From Tubulanus polymorphus (taxonomy: Eukaryota > Animalia > Nemertea): DNA of 64,000 nt. Both the position numbers and the translations under genes were made by a program. The DNA lies in NCBI RefSeq assembly GCF_964204645.1, contig NC_134026.1:19192150-19256149 (forward strand). Reading direction: 5' to 3'. Shown here in pieces: positions 62,301 to 64,000 of the stretch. Each line of letters opens with the position of its first letter. Position 1 is the first letter of the stretch. Below the pieces are notes generated by a model. The model saw only the letters and a program-made list of their open reading frames with translations, was not told where the DNA came from and made no database searches.

Positions 62301-63458
62301 TCGAAATTCACAATAGGCACCTCCGCGACCCTAAAATTGAAAAATGCATTTATAGTATTTTGCACTAATTAACAAAACTAGCATTCAGTAAAATAAAAAG
62401 GTAATTGACTCCCCATGGATTGTTTTTTATTTTTTGACTTTTTGATAGATGTTTTGTTAGAAAATTGGACCATCTCCAAGTCACTGAATACTTAAAGACA
62501 CTTCAGTTGTTGTATTATAAACATACAAATTGCAATTGCGTGCCATTTGCTCATTCACACGTAAGTTAATCATAAAGCTGTGCATCATTTCAATTAATAA
62601 TTACTTTGCTCAGGGATAGTTATGAAATCTTACATGAATTTACAGGTAGGCCCACTTACCGTCGGTACAAGGTATGAGCTTTCCATTGATGAAGTTAACT
62701 ATGAAGTGGTTTATGCGCCCGTGGCTATTCTTAACTCAACTAGAACATATGCAATGATATGAAGATTTTTCTATGACTATGTTACTTACCAGTCCAGTTA
62801 CGGCATTACTGTCAATAGCGAGATGATTTCGAGGATTTGCTAAACTTGAAAATATGCGGATCATTCCTTTGCGAGGTACACATGTAAAAATGGCTGTAAC
62901 AGATAAAATGAATATCAAATAAACACAAACAGAAAACATGCGACATACTCAGCATAGCTGACTTGGCAACATCATAATTTTTTAGGATATTTTTATTTCA
63001 GTACATATTATTTTGCCTGTAAGTGGGATTTTTTTCAATTTACCATGTCCTATTGTGCATATTCTGCCACTAGTACTATAGGCCTATATATTTGTATCTG
63101 AATTACTTATAACAATACAGCTGAATTTTAAAATCAGAAGATTCACTGGTAATATTTCCATCAAGAATTTCACGGAGTTGGCATTCCCGTTCGCTTATAT
63201 ACCTATGGGTAAACATATTTAAACCTTTCTATACATTAAGCATGAACCGGATCTATTAACTGCTCCCCTGACTCAAATCAATTCACTGATGTGGAAAACA
63301 CTAACATAAACGAAGGAAATTAACTTACAGTGGTCGTCTTCCATTTCTCCGTGTCCATCTACATGACCTTTATCGTCTATTTGCAGCGTGTGCTTATTCA
63401 ACTTCGAGAAGAACATCACTTCGCATTGAGAACCGAACTTCCATTTCTCGTATTCCCA
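23118..63458 (-). CDS. Giant multi-PLAT/LH2 protein with two FGF-like beta-trefoil domains (RP1 long-isoform-like / LOXHD1-like), 5' partial; 54 modelled exons, ~3299 aa in window
   Basis: 14 PLAT repeats (Y/W.V...TG...aGTda.V...l.G..G.sg...F..G..D.F.i.a..lG.l....igHDg.g..W.l..v.v...F.c..Wl). Every junction is GT-AG with matching phases; stop at 23118-23120. Confidence 0.88.
23450..23930 (+). repeat. Degenerate tandem copies of the ~150-bp Helentron-carried repeat
   Basis: aatattcaac(g/a)ccc..ctggt / aaactcac / catgagctaca motifs shared with 32516-33110. Confidence 0.65.
23950..24107 (-). CDS. Exon PLAT14b
   Basis: VDKFSIEAVGLGELSKLTIGHDGGGQAPGWFLDKV; AG/GT. Confidence 0.92.
24190..24344 (-). 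CDS. Exon PLAT14a
   Basis: EYTVITHTGNDEYSGTDAQVYVILHGEKWDSGKR; AG/GT. Confidence 0.9.
24437..24575 (-). CDS. Exon PLAT13c
   Basis: IPVNRWFDVTEGDGDIIREFP; AG/GT. Confidence 0.88.
24844..25067. mobile_element. Short TIR element, CAGGG..GGATCC family
   Basis: cagggtaggatccag ... ctgaatccgtccctg. Confidence 0.5.
25419..25511 (-). CDS. Exon PLAT13b
   Basis: VTVSADEVGTIQKIRIQHNDEGSASGWKLEK; AG/GT. Confidence 0.88.
25608..25851 (-). CDS. Exon PLAT12c/PLAT13a
   Basis: WLFDD...KWKVYTYTADEGFSGTDAEVSLTVFGDRG...FEQGQTDEFE; AG/GT. Confidence 0.9.
26159..26286. mobile_element. Harbinger-like MITE with CAG target duplication
   Basis: CAG|gtcccagttggtcaaaagttggttagag ... ctttaaccaacctcttgagaaactggtcc|CAG. 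Confidence 0.7.
27122..27279 (-). CDS. Exon PLAT12b
   Basis: TDAFTIAAVDLREL...VGHDGRGEGSGWFL; AG/GT. Confidence 0.9.
27819..27973 (-). CDS. Exon PLAT12a
   Basis: HYYVEVFTGDLEFAGS...IFGERGDTGKR; AG/GT. Confidence 0.9.
28325..30357 (+). mobile_element. Degenerate non-autonomous Helentron-like (HINE) element interrupted by a nested element
   Basis: Starts aactaggggtccagg like 32441, has the same internal repeats, and ends in hairpin ccactgggg..cccctagtgggct. Confidence 0.55.
28763..30314 (+). mobile_element. Nested Helentron-like element
   Basis: aggacgttcgt at 28768 recurs at 30285 as one arm of the terminal hairpin aggacgttcgt-cta-acgaacatcct; A-runs at both ends. Confidence 0.6.
30376..30508 (-). 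CDS. Exon PLAT11c
   Basis: VLLREE...FSDWI...IVEIAV; AG/GT. Confidence 0.82.
30758..30847 (-). CDS. Exon PLAT11b
   Basis: ITVKQEIGPVYKIRL...WFLED; AG/GT. Confidence 0.85.
31073..31230 (-). CDS. Exon PLAT11a
   Basis: KWKVWTKTG...VIYGDNGVS...TNEFD; AG/GT. Confidence 0.85.
31387..31466 (-). CDS. Exon PLAT10c
   Basis: WLFDGSEDNLTEKTL; ttaag| and |gtaagt. Confidence 0.8.
31540..32199. mobile_element. 660-bp pogo/Tc1-type MITE
   Basis: TA|ccgtattttctggtgtgtaagtcga ... tcgacttgtacaccggaaaatacgg|TA; internal cgacttatacaccg repeats. Confidence 0.85.
32207..32364 (-). CDS. Exon PLAT10b
   Basis: MDVFMINAVDLNEL...GSGWYLDKIIIRE; AG/GT. Confidence 0.88.
32441..33700 (+). mobile_element. Non-autonomous Helentron-like (HINE/DINE-1 type) element with a 4x ~150-bp tandem array
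   Basis: Repeats start caac(g/a)ccccctgg at 32516, 32664, 32818, 32972; (GACG)n at ~33630; terminal hairpin tagcccgctgggact..agtcccaagtgggcta then A5. Confidence 0.75.
33973..34136 (-). CDS. Exon PLAT10a
   Basis: YYVEVYTGD...LQLFGARGDSGKR...FERGQ; AG/GT. Confidence 0.9.
34488..34620 (-). CDS. Exon PLAT9c
   Basis: VDLHEE...FTVNQWM...LEIAL; AG/GT. Confidence 0.82.
34713..34802 (-). CDS. Exon PLAT9b
   Basis: VISEEDVGTLYKLRF...WFIES; AG/GT. Confidence 0.82.
34927..35096 (-). CDS. Exon PLAT9a
   Basis: SWKVQILTGKDEGSG...FENGKQDEFN; AG/GT. Confidence 0.88.
35189..35323 (-). CDS. Exon PLAT8c
   Basis: GSGMFLDNVVV...FNCKRWLDAGEDDQLIERIL; AG/GT. Confidence 0.88.
35990..36097 (-). CDS. Candidate alternative PLAT8c exon (GSGWFLENIVVTQG...); may instead run to the stop at 35937
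   Basis: gttgtag| acceptor in the correct phase; first 11 codons parallel the 35189-35323 exon; donor weak. Confidence 0.45.
36214..36292 (-). CDS. Exon PLAT8b
   Basis: VDEFEIEAVSLLDVNKVTIGHDGTEP; AG/GT. Confidence 0.88.
36567..36721 (-). CDS. Exon PLAT8a
   Basis: KYHVQVATGGVDNAGTDANVYIILHGERGTSGKR; AG/GT. Confidence 0.92.
36836..37055 (-). CDS. Exon PLAT7b
   Basis: VAVQENIGKVFKARIG...HWL...WTEIP; AG/GT. Confidence 0.85.
37349..37515 (-). CDS. Exon PLAT7a
   Basis: EGEWLIWTQTGSDPEAGTNGQVIVVLCGEKGES; AG/GT. Confidence 0.88.
37774..37853 (-). CDS. Exon PLAT6c/linker
   Basis: tttcag| and |gttaga; restores phase 2 to 1. Confidence 0.7.
37982..38120. mobile_element. PIF/Harbinger (Tourist-like) MITE
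   Basis: Perfect 23-bp TIR gggatcattcatttattacgtac, with TAA on both sides. Confidence 0.85.
38175..38323 (-). CDS. Exon PLAT6b
   Basis: YHIEAVALGHLKRVVL...YIREIII...EFVF; AG/GT. Confidence 0.82.
38400..38815 (-). CDS. Exon PLAT6a with long Glu/Lys/Asp-rich insertion
   Basis: KYRVYIK...IFGQYGDTGNRPL followed by ~90 charged residues; AG/GT. Confidence 0.82.
39364..39493 (-). CDS. Exon PLAT5c
   Basis: IKLLHK...FSADCWL...KEVAL; AG/GT. Confidence 0.8.
39718..39804 (-). CDS. Exon PLAT5b
   Basis: AFVGDVGDIFKVRL...WYIDE; tagcag acceptor, |gtaggt. Confidence 0.82.
39885..40066 (-). CDS. Exon PLAT5a
   Basis: GEYKIWVKT...LTVYGVDGKS...FRPGYMDEFE; AG/GT. Confidence 0.85.
40340..40486 (-). CDS. Exon PLAT4b
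   Basis: GAGWYCDKVIV...FPCKQWLDEGQGDSLIEREL; AG/GT. Confidence 0.9.
40729..40962 (-). CDS. Exon PLAT4a
   Basis: TYVIEVQTGKEPGSDTDANIYITLNGDHGDSGKR...IGHDGDGS; AG/GT. Confidence 0.92.
41116..41526. mobile_element. Harbinger-like MITE (15602 family) split by a nested CAGG..GCGGA element at ~41149-41431
   Basis: cagtttcataaaaaagttaa on the left; ttgtcctcattgaaaacat..aactttttcgt on the right matches 15652-15670. Confidence 0.6.
41669..41891 (-). CDS. Exon PLAT3b
   Basis: IDLGTEIGKLYKIRIGHE...WYIEKVKM...RWLS...WRELP; AG/GT. Confidence 0.88.
42119..42285 (-). CDS. Exon PLAT3a
   Basis: EGEWKIWVTTG...FEAGNTDEFK; AG/GT. Confidence 0.88.
42791..42835 (-). CDS. 45-nt acidic micro-exon (EERPIEEEAENEDAK)
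   Basis: cttgtag| and |gtgaat; phase 1-1. Confidence 0.65.
42991..43140. mobile_element. Degenerate Tc1/pogo-type MITE
   Basis: TA|cagtagactctgatttact ... agtaagaaggagtctact. Confidence 0.5.
43215..43502. mobile_element. piggyBac-like MITE
   Basis: TTAA|ccctttcactgc ... gcgctgaaaggg|TTAA; related one-ended fragment at ~56899. Confidence 0.8.
43910..43921 (-). CDS. Candidate 12-nt micro-exon (AVDE)
   Basis: attttgcattacag| and |gtatgg; phase 1-1. Confidence 0.45.
44082..44117 (-). CDS. Candidate 36-nt micro-exon (VTAEPEIEKLVA)
   Basis: aacag| and |gtaaca; phase 1-1. Confidence 0.55.
44400..44924 (-). CDS. 525-nt acidic exon with repeated D-x-x-x-S-P motifs
   Basis: 198-aa ORF; tgcag| and |gtacat; phase 1-1. 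Confidence 0.72.
45291..47210 (-). CDS. 1920-nt Ser/Thr/Pro-rich repetitive exon
   Basis: 648-aa ORF; ctacag| and |gtaaat; phase 1-1. Confidence 0.8.
46160..47050 (-). repeat. Coding tandem repeat, 144 bp (48 aa) x ~6
   Basis: ggtgaagttgc recurs at ~46280, 46424, 46568, 46712, 46856, 47000. Confidence 0.92.
47792..47899 (-). CDS. Candidate cassette exon (VDIVQLSQRRTRTRTVSFDDEEPLPED)
   Basis: Tandem tagcag acceptor, |gtatat donor; 108 nt phase 1-1. Confidence 0.55.
48363..48383 (-). CDS. Candidate 21-nt micro-exon (DADNDDE)
   Basis: aacag| and |gtagat; phase 1-1. Confidence 0.4.
48899..49009 (-). CDS. Candidate cassette exon (EQPISNISQQRHRPLKKRRAVP...)
   Basis: ctgcag| and |gtgagt; 111 nt phase 1-1. 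Confidence 0.5.
49383..49440. repeat. 12-bp minisatellite (attatagggtat) x ~5
   Basis: Directly visible. Confidence 0.75.
51542..51677. mobile_element. Degenerate Tc1/pogo-type MITE
   Basis: TA|cagtggaaccttg ... caaggctctactg|TA. Confidence 0.55.
51898..51994. repeat. 47-bp near-perfect tandem duplication
   Basis: tctgatgatatataagaatatttctcgacaaaaaataaagcct twice. Confidence 0.9.
54805..55095 (-). CDS. Candidate cassette exon, Pro/Glu-rich; frame stays open to a stop at 54662
   Basis: ttctag| acceptor, internal g|gtgaga donor, 291 nt phase 1-1; within ORF 54662..55141. Confidence 0.55.
56690..56719 (-). CDS. Candidate 30-nt cassette micro-exon (AETVSEDIVD)
   Basis: ttgtag| and |gtgagt; phase 1-1. 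Confidence 0.55.
57761..57816 (-). CDS. Exon PLAT2c
   Basis: WLDTSMEDKRIERILTVK; ctag| and |gtgaga. Confidence 0.85.
58215..58372 (-). CDS. Exon PLAT2b
   Basis: TDKFDIEAVSLGKI...HDGEGAGEGWYC; AG/GT. Confidence 0.9.
58748..58899 (-). CDS. Exon PLAT2a
   Basis: TYFLEVHTGELPGADTDANVYVQLFGEYGDTGKR; AG/GT. Confidence 0.9.
59165..59297 (-). CDS. Exon PLAT1c
   Basis: VKMQN...FSRWLS...LVRELP; AG/GT. Confidence 0.85.
59670..59762 (-). CDS. Exon PLAT1b
   Basis: INLSSLGEIFKIRLEM...WKVHE; AG/GT. Confidence 0.82.
59900..60057 (-). CDS. Exon PLAT1a
   Basis: GDWKVWVSTAD...FEMGNKDQFK; AG/GT boundaries. Confidence 0.85.
60546..60737 (-). CDS. Exon, Pro/Lys/Ser-rich linker
   Basis: ctag| and |gtatgt; 192 nt phase 1-1; GKRKEAPRKPTPEYEILPSPP...KSPKPSTPVKP. 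Confidence 0.78.
61177..61354 (-). CDS. Exon, beta-trefoil 2 (YCHFKM..GFITIESIASRGLFIGMTPDGRI)
   Basis: tttcag| and |gtaagt; FGF-like G.V.I.S.....ylgM..dG motif. Confidence 0.85.
61569..61784 (-). CDS. Exon, beta-trefoil 2 (GMLRDQGTIMLC...FESAVFPGQFIRL)
   Basis: ttcag| and |gttagt; 216 nt. Confidence 0.85.
62157..62330 (-). CDS. Exon, beta-trefoil 1 (GRGGAYCEFRVRVQPDRSVMLES)
   Basis: tttag| and |gtacgt; 174 nt; paralogous to the 61177-61354 exon. Confidence 0.82.
62790..62893 (-). CDS. Exon, beta-trefoil 1 (IFTCVPRKGMIRIFSSLANPRNHLAID)
   Basis: acag| and |gtaagt; phase 1 to 0. Confidence 0.8.
63329..63458 (-). CDS. Exon, beta-trefoil 1 (WEYEKWKFGSQCEVMFFSKLNKHTLQIDDKGHVDGHG)
   Basis: ttttcag| and |gtaagt; open frame; phase matches next exon. 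Confidence 0.75.
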
Positions 63459-63630
63459 CTGAAAAAAAATACAAGATTCGATAAAGTTTTTTTGTCAGAG
63501 AGGACACAATACGATTTTATCAACTTTTTAGGGTTGTATCAAAAGGTTAGGAATACTTAAAATGAATTAGACAGTTATTCTAATTGACGCAACTATTGAA
63601 ATTTTGAGAAGCTCCCTAACTCAATTATGA

Positions 63631-63855
63631 GAAGATTCGTTGAGTAGCCGTGTTAACCGGGTATAGAATAAATAACGAGACAAGTAGTACTATATAGGTT
63701 AACTATTTATTTGACACATGAGCTTTCGCTACTAATGAATGGAAGCTGCTTCAGGTGAATGAGTATAGTCACCTGAAGCATACATAGGTAGCGAAAGCTC
63801 ATGCGTCAAATAAATAGTTAACCTATATAGTACTACGCTATTAACGTCTCGCTAT
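63631..63855. mobile_element. Fold-back insertion with 14-bp target duplication, Penelope-like inverted pLTR
   Basis: taactcaattatga at 63617-63630 and 63856-63869; ~49-bp inverted arms at 63684-63731 and 63788-63836. Confidence 0.75.
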
Positions 63856-64000
63856 TAACTCAATTATGAAATTAGCTTCAAATGATGTCCAGCAGCTGTG
63901 GAAATAACACAAGAGAACACAAACAGCCAATATTTTAGTACCCTGTTTCCGAAATCTATTTAGATTTGCTTTCTATCAATAGTTTCTATCAGACAGTTGC

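Overview
AT-rich, intron-containing animal genomic DNA, probably a marine invertebrate (inference). It holds two convergent genes. (1) Plus strand 594-11648: a 4-exon, 406-aa secreted protein with signal peptide, coiled coil and fibrinogen C-terminal domain (angiopoietin-like/FReD). (2) Minus strand, from beyond the right edge to a stop at 23118: a giant gene that I could splice by hand into 54 GT-AG exons (9900 nt, ~3299 aa in-window, frame consistent). It encodes two FGF-like beta-trefoil domains, 14 PLAT/LH2 domains in alternating pairs and an acidic tail, an RP1-long/LOXHD1-like architecture. Between PLAT2 and PLAT3 lie ten frame-symmetric (phase 1-1) candidate cassette exons of 12-1920 nt. 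The two largest carry roughly 40 D-x-A-T-S-P / D-I-A-T-N-T motifs resembling dynein light chain LC8 binding sites. Introns and the intergenic region contain many non-autonomous transposon remnants (Tc1/pogo-, Harbinger-, piggyBac-, hAT-, Helentron- and Penelope-like), some nested. All exon models are manual and lack transcript support.
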